NCBI GenBank assembly: GCA_964187785.1
Contig: OZ076409.1
Location: 89,282,001 to 89,346,000 of the forward strand
Origin: Amphiscolops sp. MND2022
Lineage: Eukaryota
Direction of reading: 5' to 3'
Length of the DNA: 64,000 nt
Position 1 is the stretch's first letter. Each line of letters opens with the position of its first letter. Shown piece after piece: positions 1-12,399 of this stretch. The position numbers were made by a program, and so were the translations under genes. The notes below the pieces were generated by a model. The model was not told the origin of the DNA and searched no databases. It was given only the letters and a program-made list of their open reading frames with translations.

Positions 1-520
1 TTTTTTACGGTCGGCCATTTACTGAATCTATCTACCGCTATTAGTATTTGTACTTCTCCGTGTATGTTTTTGTTATGTATTTTTCCGGTAAAATCGATTT
101 GTAATTCTTGGCCGGGTTCAGTTAGTTCTTCTAATTTTCCGTAATGCTTTTTCGGTAATTGATATTTAAGGTTTTTACCTGATGCAAAGCAGGCTGTACA
201 GTCCTTTACTTTGTTCTCGATATCCTGTTTCATTCCGGGCCACCAGAATATGCGTGCTTCTGACATCATTTTTGTTATACCGGAGTGACCGAAATGAAGG
301 ATGTCCAGGAGTCTTCGTCTCAAGTCGATGGGTATCACAATTTGGTCATCGACGAAGATCAATCCCCATCTGATTGATAGTTTGTCAAATGCATTTCGGT
401 AGCCATCCGGAATTGTCTCTCGATCTTCTCTCCGCATGCTAGTTCTGACGCGGGTTAGTTCCGGGTCGATTGCGGTTTTTGCGATAAGTGTTTTTAAGTC
501 CATCATGAACTCAAATTCTG
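1..520 (-). pseudogene. Gypsy element A integrase (HHCC zinc finger and start of catalytic core); runs off the window edge
   Basis: Minus-strand translation gives LHFGHSGITKM...WWPGMKQDI...CTAC...ELQIDFTG...VDRFSKWP. It is frameshifted relative to the 511-3111 ORF at an A-run near 521-527. Confidence 0.85.
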
Positions 521-3322
521 CTTTTTTTAATATGTTCTTCGGTGATCTTCTTGTTGCTTGTTAATTTTCCCACGATGTGGTTTATCTGTATGTAATGCGC
601 CTGCTTTCCTTTGGTATTGTATCTGCTGAGATCTACTATTGGTAGATTGTCGCCCCGCATTATGACGCTGTCTTCTTCCGTCTCGGCATTTTCGATTTCC
701 AGTTCACCTTCTTCCCGTATTTCTTCCGGTTCTTCTTCTTCTTCGGCTATTGGTCGGTATCCACCGCCCAATCGATTGGCTCTCCTCATGATCTCTGCGT
801 CTATCTCGGCAATTTCCTCTCGGCTTCTTTTGTTGGGTCTCGTTGGAGCGAATACCGTTCTTTGGGTGTAGTGATCGTACCGACGTCGTAATGTTCCCGG
901 TCGGGATAATCCATTTCGTTGCTCTACTAGTCGGCGTGTCTCTGGGCTATTGTTCCGTCTGCGAATAATCTCCATAATTTCGCGTGTGGCGCCCCAGTGG
1001 TAAAAGTTTTCGCGATCCATTTCGGTAATTTCCGTATTTGAATTTTGAACTTTTGTAATTCGATTTGAATTTTGACTCTCTTTCTTTGAGTAACTTGGCT
1101 CTAGCGCGCTAATTTCGGACTGCCCGGATGTAGTTTTTCGTAATCGGTCGGTTTGTTCCAAAAGTTTTGGTAAGAATTTTGCCATGTATTGTATCGCCCC
1201 GAGAAATGATTTCAGTTCTTTTGTGTTCTCCGGTGATTTTAATTTCTGTATGGCTTCTATTTTTTCTTCGTTCGGTTTAATTCCGTTTTCGTCAATTTCG
1301 TGTCCCAGCCACTTTATTCGGTTCATGAAGAATTCTGATTTCTGTTTGCTTGCTCGGTAGCCGGCTTTTTCCAGTTTAGTCAATACGTCAAATAGTTTCT
1401 TCTCGTGGTCTTGTTTGTTTCCCCGTATTACTACAATTATATCGTCCAGCCACGCCGGTGTGCAATATTCGAGTGTTCGGTCGATCTTTTCTTGGAATAT
1501 CGTGGGTATGTCGGCAAGTCCGTAAAACCCTTTTTTGAATCGGTAATATCCGCTGAATTTTCCTCCGGTTAAGGCAAATACACATTGTCGGCTTGTTTCT
1601 TCGGATAGTTTCATTTGTCCGTATGCATAGTCTAGATCAATTTTTGATATAAATAATTGTAGTGTTCGGTCGCGTGAAATTTCTACCGAAATCTGGTTTA
1701 GTAATTCCTCCATATTCGGCATGTGAGGTCTCATTTTTATGCAGCTATCGTTCAGTTTTCTTGAGTCTAGTGCTATCTTCACTGATTTGTCACTTTTTAC
1801 GGTTATGACTACCGGAGATACAAAGCAATCTTCGTCTACGTCCTTTATCTTTTCTAGGTTTCCGGATTTTATTAGTTTTTCTAATTCACGTCCGACATCT
1901 TCCTGGAGATGTAGTGGTATCGGTCTTGCTTTTTGTTTTACCGGATAGTGTCCTGGTTTTAATTGGATATTTATTTCGGTGTCTTTTATAGTTTCATTGT
2001 TTTCAAATAGGTCCGGAAATTTGTTGAATATTTTCTCGCGTTCTGATTGGTTGTTGTCGGCCAATTGTATTTTGCTGATCGTTAGTTTGAATTTCTTCAT
2101 CCAATCCATTCCGAGTAATGGTGTTATGTCTGTTCTTTCGGTTATCAAAATCTCCATTTTCTGTTTGTTGTTTTCGTATTCAACATTTACCGGAATTTTT
2201 CCCCGGAACTTTACTTCGTTTTTATTCACGTCTTGGTATCGGTTTGTTATTTTCTGTATTTCGGTTGATTTTGTAATTCTTTCGTCCGGTGGCATCAATG
2301 ATATTGGTGATCCGGTGTCTATTATAAATTCTTTTGTTATTCCATTGATTTTGAGCGTTGTGGTGAAGTGTTTATTTGTTTCGTCGATTTTCTTTATCTC
2401 TTTTATGTGGTGAATGCTCTCTTCGGATTCACTTGATAATCTGTCTGATTCGTTCGGTTCGTCTTCGGTTAGTCTTTTCACAGTTCGGTTGCTGTTTGTC
2501 TTCTGTCTGCATGCTTTCGCATAATGTCCTTTCTTGTCGCATTTGTTACAGTTAACGTCTAGTGCGGGACATTTGTGCATCGGTGTCCAGTTTGGTGCGT
2601 TGCAGAATCTGCATGTTCGGTTTCCGAAATTTTTATTTTTCGGTCGCACACCGAATCGTTCCATTCTTTGTATCGGTTCTTCCTTTATTATTTGTTTTTC
2701 TTTTGTTGATATCAAAGCTTCCGGTATTGTGTTCTTTTTATTTTTCTTCTCGTATGTGTTTTGTTTGATCAGTTCGATTACTTTCTTCAGTTCCAATGTT
2801 TTCTCTTTCATTATTTTATCCCGTAATTTTTTATCGGTAATTGCGGTCATGTATTTTGATATCAACAATTCTTCTGCCGAGATGGTATTGAAGTTACATT
2901 CTTTTTCAATTTCGATCAGTCGTCTCCAGAATTCCTCGGGTGTTTCCTCTTCTGTCTGTTTTGCCCAGAAGAAGTCTCCGCGGTTATGGTACGTATTTCT
3001 TTTCGGCATGTAAAATTCGGTGAACAACCGGATTAAGTCTTTCACTTTTATACTGTCGGGTTCCGTTTTATATTCGGCCCTAGTTATTTGGTAGAGTGCT
3101 TCCGGTCCCACTCCCCACAGAAAATCTTCTTGGGTTGGTTGTTCTTTTCCGGTCCACCCGGTGTCTGTTATATCTTCTCCTTTCAGTAGCGGTGCGATGT
3201 CTATTTTTGTGTTCCCGTTTGCAAAACTGCCGGAACCTCTCTAGCCATTGTCTCGGTGTGAATACCGGATTCCCGTCTGTGGCTTTCGCTTCGAGGTTCG
3301 GGACTATGTTCTTCTCCGCCAT
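511..3322 (-). pseudogene. Gypsy element A gag-pol (Gag zinc knuckles, protease, RT), with frameshifts and RNase H apparently deleted
   Basis: Motifs CRFC...HKC, CNKCDKKGHYAKAC, IDTGS, DLDYAY and WLDD. The ORF is split near 3200 (3080-3322 plus 511-3111). No RNase H motif follows the RT thumb (LRK|TTSG). Confidence 0.85.
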
Positions 3323-3361
3323 TCTGTGTTAAGAAGTTTTTTGTTTAATTGTTTTAAAAAT

Positions 3362-3376
3362 TGGCTGACTGCGCCA
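3362..3376 (-). promoter_or_regulatory. Primer-binding site of Gypsy element A (TGGCGCAGTCAG, tRNA-Ser-like)
   Basis: A TGG-initiated sequence directly abuts the CA end of the LTR on the minus strand. Confidence 0.7.
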
Positions 3377-3610
3377 TGTTATATTCTGGTAATCTAAGTT
3401 TAAGAGAAAAGAATATTGTAAAATAAAGATCTCTAGTTCAAATCTATATCTCAGCTTTTCAATTTGTATAAATGTATCTAATGTAATTTAACGTTAGATT
3501 GAGTTTGTTTGTAAACAACTCCAGCTGGTATGTAGACACTAGACAGTTTTCATGTAAGTGAACCGAATCTCGGTAGAGGTCGTAGGAACCGGATTGAACC
3601 GTATATAACA
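3377..3610 (-). repeat. 5' LTR of Gypsy element A (234 bp)
   Basis: Inverted termini TGTTATAT...ATATAACA, next to the PBS and upstream of gag. The partner LTR lies outside the window. Confidence 0.8.
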
Positions 3611-4729
3611 GAAATAATTTTGAGAAAAATTGAGCTACAAGTCTTTAAATGCTCTTTGACAGACTCATTTTTATTATCAAGATAGAGGAAACAGTGACCA
3701 AAAAGGGCACCACCATTAAAAAATCTAAAATTTTCAAACTTTTCTCTTGGTGATCACTTTTAAGAAACTTTTGTACAGTTTTCGAATGCTACCAAGGCAA
3801 GGATTCGAGCTACCGCTGATCTTAACGCAAAACCAACTAATTATAATGTACGCTTTTATGAAGAGCAATCCGATATAAATTGTTGTCCGAAAATTGTCTC
3901 AAAGTGACACAAGAAAACTAAAATTCTGAAAAACTCAATGTTTTGACCAATAACTTGTATTTTGTACAATTGTGGAAAACAATTGGATGTTACGATGACA
4001 TCTCTGAAAATTTAACTTTAATACTGAATGCAAACAAGAGTTTTGACTCTCACGAGATTTTCATGGTCTCCAAATACTAAGTTAAAAGTCTTACGGTGCC
4101 CTCTTCCCAAAAACGACTCTCATAGTTTTCGTGTATTTCATCTTCGGATCAGAGATCACTGGAGAAAAAAATTAGCCACTACACGAGTCGTGCTTTCTCT
4201 CTGGAAACGCCAACTGAAAATGACAATAGTCCCGAAACTCTATTAACATTATTATTTTCCGCCCATATTTCCACTATTATTTTAAATTGGTTCTTAATAT
4301 CAAAATAGGACATTTAATGCTCAAATATTGATCTAGTTTCAAGGACAGCATGCGACATCGGCGATATTTGGAGATTTCCAAAAAAGATTTCACTTAATCT
4401 GAGACTTGAAAAAATTTTCTGGCTAATTTTTCAAAAATATATATCCCAAAACTTTAGGGTTGTGTTACCGGCAATGGTTGAGAACAATTTGCCGTTTCCA
4501 CATTTGACATTCATTACTCATGGAGACTAGATATACATTTTTATTTACAAAAGGAAAATGTTTAAATCAAACGGTTTTTTTACAAAATTTGCCAAGCACC
4601 AAATTTATATTTAACTTTAAAGGTGTTACTCATAGAATTCAACTTACATAATTTTAGCTTCGTGCGATTTGTACTTGTGGAGATTTATGGACTTTTTTTT
4701 GACCTCAAGGATCCCCGAATGACCCATAA

Positions 4730-5900
4730 TTGGACCCAAAAATGAGAAAATTTCCAATTTTTTACGATTTAAAGCAGTTTTTGTCAATTTCTTGATAGAT
4801 ATCGTAAATTAGAATGTTGAAAACGTTCAACAAGGCACAAACTCGTTGTCCAATAGTCTTATTTGAAAAGATATATGCTGTTTTCCAGAAGAAAAAGGTC
4901 TCAAATTGACACCGAAAATGAGTAAAATTCCAAAAATTTTTCCAATTTTCAAAGACTTCATGCATTTTTTTTCCAAACTTTCGACGGATTTTGTAGATTG
5001 GAACGTTGAAAAGTGTCAAAAAGAGAGAATGTGTTGTCCAGTAGGCTTTTTCGAGAAGTTTACTGCAGTTCTCTCAGTGAAAATGTCTCAAAGTGACACC
5101 GAAAACGAGAAAAAAAACCCAAAATTTTCCAATTTTCAAAGTTTCAATGCATATTTTTCCGAATTTTCGACAGGCTTCGTCAATTGAAACGTTGAAAAAG
5201 GCCAACAAGGAACAAATTTATTGTCGAGTAGGCTTTTCTGGAGAATTTAATGCGGTTTTTGAAGTGAATATGTCTCAAATTGTCACCGAAAGTGACAAAA
5301 ATTCCAAACTTTCCATTTTTCAGTTTTTACGCATTTTTTCTCAAATTTTTGACAGACTTCGTGAATTGGAAAGTGGCAAAGGGCCAACAAGGAAATATTT
5401 GGTTGTACGCTAGTCTTCTCTGAAGAGTTTATTGCATTTTTCTAAATAAAAATGTCTCGAATTGACACCGAAAATGACAAAAATCCCGAAATTTTCTTTT
5501 TTTCAATGGTTTTATGCATTTTTTCCCAAATTTTCGACAAACTTCGTCAATTGTAACAATAAAACGTATCAACAAGAAAAGAATGTGTTGTCCAGTATGC
5601 TCTGAAAAGGAATAAGTGCAGTTTTTCAAACGGAAACTGTCCGGAATTGACATCGAAAAAGACAAAATTTCGAATTTTTTCCAGTTTTCACTAATTTTGT
5701 TCAATTTTTGTCAAAATATCGATGGACTTCGTGAACTAAAATGTTGAAACGCCTGAAGCATGTGCAAATTGGTTGCTTCTATGTGCTTTTGTCACGAGAT
5801 ACGTTCAACTCGTAAAAAAATGCCTGAAATTGACCCTGAATCGTCGAAGTTTTTTTTTCGTTTCTGATGCAACTTCTGTAAAATTTGGAGAGATTTCGTT
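4730..5900. repeat. Diverged ~185-bp tandem satellite array (about 6 units)
   Basis: An aaattgacaccgaaa-like motif recurs at ~4903, 5091, 5277, 5460, 5645 and 5828. Confidence 0.85.
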
Positions 5901-8900
5901 CTAAGTTCCAATGGAATCAACTCAACAACAAATAAACAAGCTATGCTTTACATGTTTTGAAGAGAACGTTGCAGCGTTTTGCTTCAAAAACACTTCAGAA
6001 TGACTCCAAAGCAGTCGAGAAGTTTCAACAGCTTTGTTTTAGTGCAACTTGTGTACTTTTTGAATCGTTTTGAATGTTTGCAAACGTTCAACAAAAACTG
6101 AATTCATAATCCAATAAACGTTTAAAGGAATACTTGCAATTTTTAGTTGGAAAATGGTTCAAAATTTACAGCAAAAAGTCGAAAATGTCGAAATTTTGTC
6201 GATTTCTTACACTTTCAGGGAATTTTCATTTGAGATTGGAAAATTTCTATAGAATAGAAGCTTCGAAAAGCTCCAGATTTTAAAACTAGGTCCGAAGCAT
6301 ATATTTTTTAAAAAAATGTTCAATTTAAGTTCGAAAGTTTCCTCAGCATGACCCAAATACTAGCTTTTTCCTAGCATTAAGTAGTTTGAAAAACTCAACA
6401 ATGACTAATCCGGGTATCTCCAGTAGAAAATAGTGAAGAGAAAGAGTTAACTGCATTTTTGGTTGGAATTGGCCTCAAAAAGACACAAAATTCCACGAAA
6501 CAGCAAAAAAGCACGTTGTTTGACAAACTAATCCCAATTTTTGTTCAAGCTACGAAAATTTTTGAAGAAAGGATTGAAACGCTCAGGATTAAAACGCTTA
6601 GCTACCAGCAGTGTTTCGAAAAGATATCAGACAAGTTATTTTGAACAACTTTCAAAAACTTTACTTGAAGGCGTAAATTTCGACCTCATTTGTCCAACGT
6701 TTAATATTCAAAACCTCCAAGCAAAATCACTAGATTTGGAGTACTCTTTCCAAAGGAAAATGTTTCCAGCTACTTCATGGGTTAGAATGGTGTAAACATT
6801 CGACAACAACTAACCTCTGTGTCCAGTAGGCTTATTATCGAGAGACATCTGTAGACTCATGTTAGAAAAGTTCCTCAAATTGACCCCAAAGTGGTCAAAA
6901 CTATTCTATTTTTTGACACTTCTGGTGAGACTATGGGCAATAATATAACAAACCGGGAAAGCTGAACTTCCTTAAATTTGCAAAGGACCTAGTTTCAAGC
7001 ATTTACCATTTTCTCAAACACCCTCCGAAAATTTTGAAAAACACCCTCCGAAAATTTTTTCGAGGAAATCTATCGAAAAAATTTTCTTTACCCGGTAAGT
7101 CGAATAGTGCCGAAAAAAACGAAAAAAAGCCAGCTATCGCAGAAATAATAAATTAAGTATTTCGTTTAAAATGAGCTAAGATGAATCGAAGCTTTCTTCT
7201 CTTCTTACTTCCTTGCGTTTTTTAGTGCATTGGCTATTCTTGAGCCTCAAATTTATGTAGTTGTAGAAGTTTGGAGCGGAAAATATCTCGCTTCTCAGCG
7301 GGCGTCTTGTTTTAGTTATTTTGCCAAAGAATGATAAGCAAGGTTTCCAACGGAACTTTTTTAAAAACAAGAGCCGCATTTGCGGTAAAAAAACGGAAGA
7401 TAAAAATGTTGAAAAAATTACGTACTTTGTCGTTTTGGATAAATTTTGGCTATGTTTCTCAGACTCCAGTCATACGATTTTGATGTTATCACGCGCGCAG
7501 GAACACTTTTGGTTGTAGGTTGACTGTGGTATTTTCATAAAACTCGTATGGAGTTTTTGTGAAATTTTCATAGAAGGGTCGGGAGAAAGTTACGAATGCA
7601 AAAGTAGTCGAATTTTTTTCAGACTCCTAGAAATTAGCAACTTGTTATATCAAAGTCATATGATAGAATTTTTCATACAAATTATCAAGTTTAGGTTCAA
7701 TGCAATTCAGGAGTAAAAAAATATTTTTTCACTTTGCTTAGCCTATGCTGCTTGTCTCGTTTTTCTATGCGGTTCATCAATCTTTTATGGATAGTGTTTT
7801 TTGAAGTTTTGATAGATGATTGCTTAGATTTTCTCCGGCTTTGTATTATGGTAAAACTTTAGCAATTTTCATTCTTTTTTCACTCGGCTGTGGACTCCTG
7901 TTTAAAATAGGCCCCCATGGGGCACAGTATTTTCTGCCTTCATGTTCAATAATAGAAGCATATCTTGATCATTTATATAGCGCATAATTAATCACCGTAC
8001 TAGTTTACACCGCATTCAACTTCTCGGACTAAAGAAAATGAAACTACTAAGCGTAGACGAAGTTTTGCATTCGCAGAAATAATAAAAGCGGAAGTTTTTG
8101 ACTTGATCCCATTTTTCATGTTGACTTCATTGTTCATTTTTGTGTTTCGTAATGCTTCTGTGGTCATACACCAAACTCAAATGTCCATACAACTGAATTG
8201 GAGGTATTGAAATGATCAAAATATTTTTATTCTGACAGAGTCGAGAGTTTTGACTTATATTTCTCGGTTTCTTGGATATTCTCCACGGAAAAGTGAAACT
8301 TTCGTGACTGAAATTGCAGAAGTGTGAGAAATGTCTTTTGAACCTCGTCTTGATGTGTCTCTGCAACAACTTTTGTCGGGGAGCTATATGGGAAAATAGA
8401 CCCCGCATGTCAAAGGGTGACGCAACTTCCGGTGACTCAGCTTTTCAATTTTTATTTTCCGAGGGTTAAAACATTGCTTCAATTGTGTTGTGCAATTATC
8501 TATGTGCCAAATGTGTATATCTCTCCCACCAGGGTCTTGAAACTTAATGGTTTTCGACGCATTTGCAAATGGTATGAGCTAGCTTTTTAAAATTTTTTCC
8601 CAGGAGCGAAATATCTTCAATTTTACGAAGGGATTTGACTTACGAAGAGATGTCAAACTGTTCCAAACTCCTCTGAATATTCTTCGGCTATAATTCGAAT
8701 TCCGACCATGAAGTCATTCAGTTATGAACAAGATAACTTTCCATTTATTTCTGGAAACTGTTTCTTGGATGCTGTCCCTTTTTGCCAACGTTTTCCGTGC
8801 TCCACTCTCATCGCAGTATTTTTGCTAATTCGAAATGTCTTGGGAATGGAAAAATTATTGAAAGGAAAAATTTAGAAACCTGTTACGAACTTTTTCTTGT

Positions 8901-9252
8901 CAGGTAGACATGGCATTGATTCGAATAAATAAAGCATGTACCATGTTTTCCTCAGGCACCGCTCAGGGTGTTCTCGATTTGTTCCTCCGGTTAAGGAAAC
9001 TGTGCGAAAGAATTCCGATCAACACATTCCAAGATTTATAATTGATAATGGGAATGAATGACTGGAACACAGATTTCTACTTCTAAACTAGAAGAACTTC
9101 GGAAAGATATGTCGCCAAAATTTTAACTTATGAAAAGTACCCCAAATAATTTATCGTTATAAAAATCCATTTATATAGCAAAATAAATAGAACTTTGTAG
9201 CCGTATGGCAATATATATGTAATGGCACTTACTGAGATAAGGTTATGAATAT

Positions 9253-10803
9253 TTATTGGAACTGAGACTTGTCCAAGAAAGCACAATCCATGAGAAATGT
9301 TCTGTAAAACTGAATTTGTTTAACATAATTAGTCAACGATATTCTTTCATCATGACCATGAAAGCGAATGATATCTTCGCGTTTGAGCCAAAATGCATTG
9401 AATCGATAAATGTCCCGAGTTAGATGCCGAAAATGCTTGCTATCGGTCGATCCAGTCAATAACGCCGGTGCGATCAGCAACTAAAACAACAACTTTTTGT
9501 ATTCAAAAATTGAGTTATTAGGTTTGACAGAAAAAGAAAGTTAACCAACCTTCTGAGAAAGAAAAGTCTGCTCTATCGCTCTAGAGATACTTTTATAGGC
9601 AGAAGAGTCGGTGCTGCTGCAGTCAGAAGCAGGGAACGGATCACCAACAAATTGAAAGTCAAAGCTGTTTCCCACTACCTGTTGAACGATTGACTTTAAT
9701 CCACTGATTGTATCGTTTGGATGGAGACGGAAATTGATAATAGCAGAACTTTCAACGGGTATAACATTGTCTTTGATCCCACCGAAGATTCTTGTGCATA
9801 TTTGGGATGTTTGTACTTGTAAGCGGGTAACTGGATCAAGAGCTATGACTTTGCGGAGGATGAAATCAGTGTATGTGATAAGCTTAATCAGAATCCGGTG
9901 AATAAATGGCATGAAAGGGGCCAGCGCGTCCAATGTTTGATGCATGGGTGTATTTCGGAGATATGTTGGAAAATTGTAGTCATTAATTTTTCGAATGGCT
10001 TCACACATCTCCGTGATGGCTGTTGATTTGGGGGGCACCGAAGAATGCCCACCAGGTTTCTTGATTGCTAATCGGACAGTAGCATAGCCTTTCTCTGCTA
10101 CCCCGATAAGCGCGACAGGGGGAAGGCCTTTCCTGAAATCTTCTAGAATGATCAGTCCTTCATCAAGAATGAACTCCAGAGTTTTACCATTCAAACACTG
10201 CTCAAGCTTTTCTGCAACACATTTGGCACCTCTATTTCCAGTTACTTCCTCATCGTGTGTCAAAGCTATATAGAAGTCTCTTTGAGAGGTGAAAAGACCT
10301 GATGAAAGGATATCTTCAACTGCTTCAAGAATAGCCATGACAGAACTTTTATCGTCGAGAGTTCCTCTTCCATACAAATAGCCATCCTGTTAAAAACGTC
10401 GAATCCTATTACTCCAATCATGGCACTGAGGAAATTCAGATATATTTCAAAGTTTAACCTCAATCAGGCCTTCGAAAGGAGGAACGGTCCACTCTGTCTC
10501 GTCAACAGGAACTACATCGGTGTGGGCAATGAGTAGAAATGGCTCGAGCGCAACGCTGTCGCTGTTCATCAAAGCTGGATCGGCTTTCATATGAATTAGA
10601 AGACTGTACTCATTTATTGTCATTACTTCAACCTTTTCTGATGAAAACACACCAGGGAACTCTGCCTTGAGGAATGAGAGAAATTTTGTGGTTTCGTTTG
10701 GGTCCAGCAAATAGCCAGTACCATCTTCTCTAACATCTGACACAGTACGAAACTGTATGGCTTTAGAAAGTCGAGGTATGCAATCAGGATACAGGCTTTC
10801 CAT
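9253..10803 (-). CDS. M20 family metallopeptidase (PM20D1/carboxypeptidase S-like); exons 10803-10459, 10386-9550, 9480-9253; ~469 aa
   Basis: Motifs HTDVVP, YGRGTLDDK, HDEE, ILDEG, GGHSSVPP, GSTDSKHF and HGHDERI. Two short GT-AG introns join the ORFs in frame. Confidence 0.9.
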
Positions 10804-11445
10804 CTTAAGCCAAAAATCTAAAATCATACGACCTCAGTTAAACTTTCGATCGTTTGCTTTTACGAATCTATCCTGCACTTGTTGAAGTTTTTAATATTTA
10901 TATATTGGAACTGTTACTGACACTACAGGAAGGCTCTACAGCTTGCAGCGTATCGACACTACTGTCATTGTTGCGACTAAAATTGTGGCGTGACTTTCTT
11001 GACTTCTCAATTTCTTTCTACATCTCTAGTCGCTCCTGTGTGCCAGTGAATCGTTTGGACCTCTTCGATCATACTGATCTATATTCCTCTTGTAATCTAT
11101 AAGCCTAATTGTTGTGATAAACATATCAAATAGGTGTTATGTAAGCCCGGACAATACTGGATTGGGTAGCCCTAATTCTACTTTAGGGATTTCAGCGGCT
11201 GGCATTGTATGATTCACAGCTCTTGAGCTCTTACATTATTCAGTGGTGCAGCGAGGCACAGGAAGGAGCAACCTGCAACCAGACAAAATTCCTCAATACC
11301 AGGTTGTTTCGTTCCTTTTCGTTCTGTGCTTTTTTTGAGCTTTACGTGCTTTTTTGAGCTTTCAGTGCTCTTTTTTGTTTTTAGTGCTCTTCATCGAGCT
11401 TTTAGCTTCTTATTTTTCGAAAATTTTATTGCCTTTAAGACTCAA

Positions 11446-12376
11446 ATGATCCATCGATACTGCTTCGTCCTTTATGTTTCAGGATGCCACGCTTTTAGCC
11501 CAGACAGCTGAGCCAACGAACAACAAATCTTGTGATTGGCACATCCAGAACGAAACATATAAGGTCAAAAGACATCGGTGCAGCAGTTCACTCTTACCGC
11601 GGTGCGGGTGGGCGGAAGTAGGTCGAAGGAACGGGATCGAAAATCAGAGTTAGTCCTCAGGTGGACATACAAATTTTTTGAATGGAATCGAAACAACTCG
11701 GATCGAAATTTTTATAACGTAGTCAGATATGTTCACATACCCCTAGTGCCCTCAATGCAGAAGCGAAGCGGAGCGACGTGCCATATGGCCATGCCTCAAT
11801 GTTGCTACTTGGCGAAGGGAGCGAAGCGACCGAGCCATACAACAAATACGATAAAATTCTACCGCATTCCATTCGATCCCTGCAATTCGATCAAAAGGTT
11901 CGACCTCTGTCCTTTCGACCAGAAAAATTCGACCTATTTACCGCCACTCCCGCGGTGCCTCCCTGCTCGAGCTCAGTAACCTGATCCAACAATACCCGCA
12001 GCGCAAAATCAATACCCTCATTATTGTCGCTGGTTTTAATGATCACCGTGATACAGCTAGTTCATTCATAGAAAATTGGATGTTCCTGATTCAGCTAGCA
12101 TACCTGAAGTTTCAGCCCCGTCAACTCATTATCCCCAAAACTATCTCAACCTCCAACAATCTGTCAGTCAATAGAAAAATCGACCAGCTGAATCTTGCTT
12201 TCTACAATCTGCTACGCTCCCTCAGCCTGCCTATAATATCACCTCATTTCAATCATGATTTTGATCGCAAGATCTTTTCACGAGACGGCAACCATTTTTC
12301 CCGATTTGGAAGTTTAGTTTTCTTTCAAATTTTGAAGTTTTATTTTTATTACTTTACATGTAATCAAATCAAATAA
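11446..12376 (+). pseudogene. SGNH-hydrolase/esterase-like ORF (putative ORF1 of the downstream non-LTR element), interrupted by a MITE
   Basis: Removing 11605-11957 gives VHSYRGASLLEL...IIVAGFND...SRDGNHFS, matching SGNH blocks II, III and V. Confidence 0.65.
11605..11952. mobile_element. MITE with ~24-bp imperfect TIRs and a 5-bp TSD (CGGTG)
   Basis: Ends are CGGGTGGGCGGAAGTAGGTCGAA and TTCGACCTATTTACCGCCACTCCCG. CGGTG lies at 11600-11604 and 11953-11957, and excision restores the reading frame. Confidence 0.8.
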
Positions 12377-12399
12377 TTGACAAGACAGCTCTCCCTCCA

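Noticed and set aside
4762..5704. F/K-rich ORFs in the satellite arrays (also 51645-54116)
   Set aside because: Chance translations of tandem repeats.
8100..9100. Possible decayed coding sequence
   Set aside because: No continuous frame or recognisable motif could be supported.
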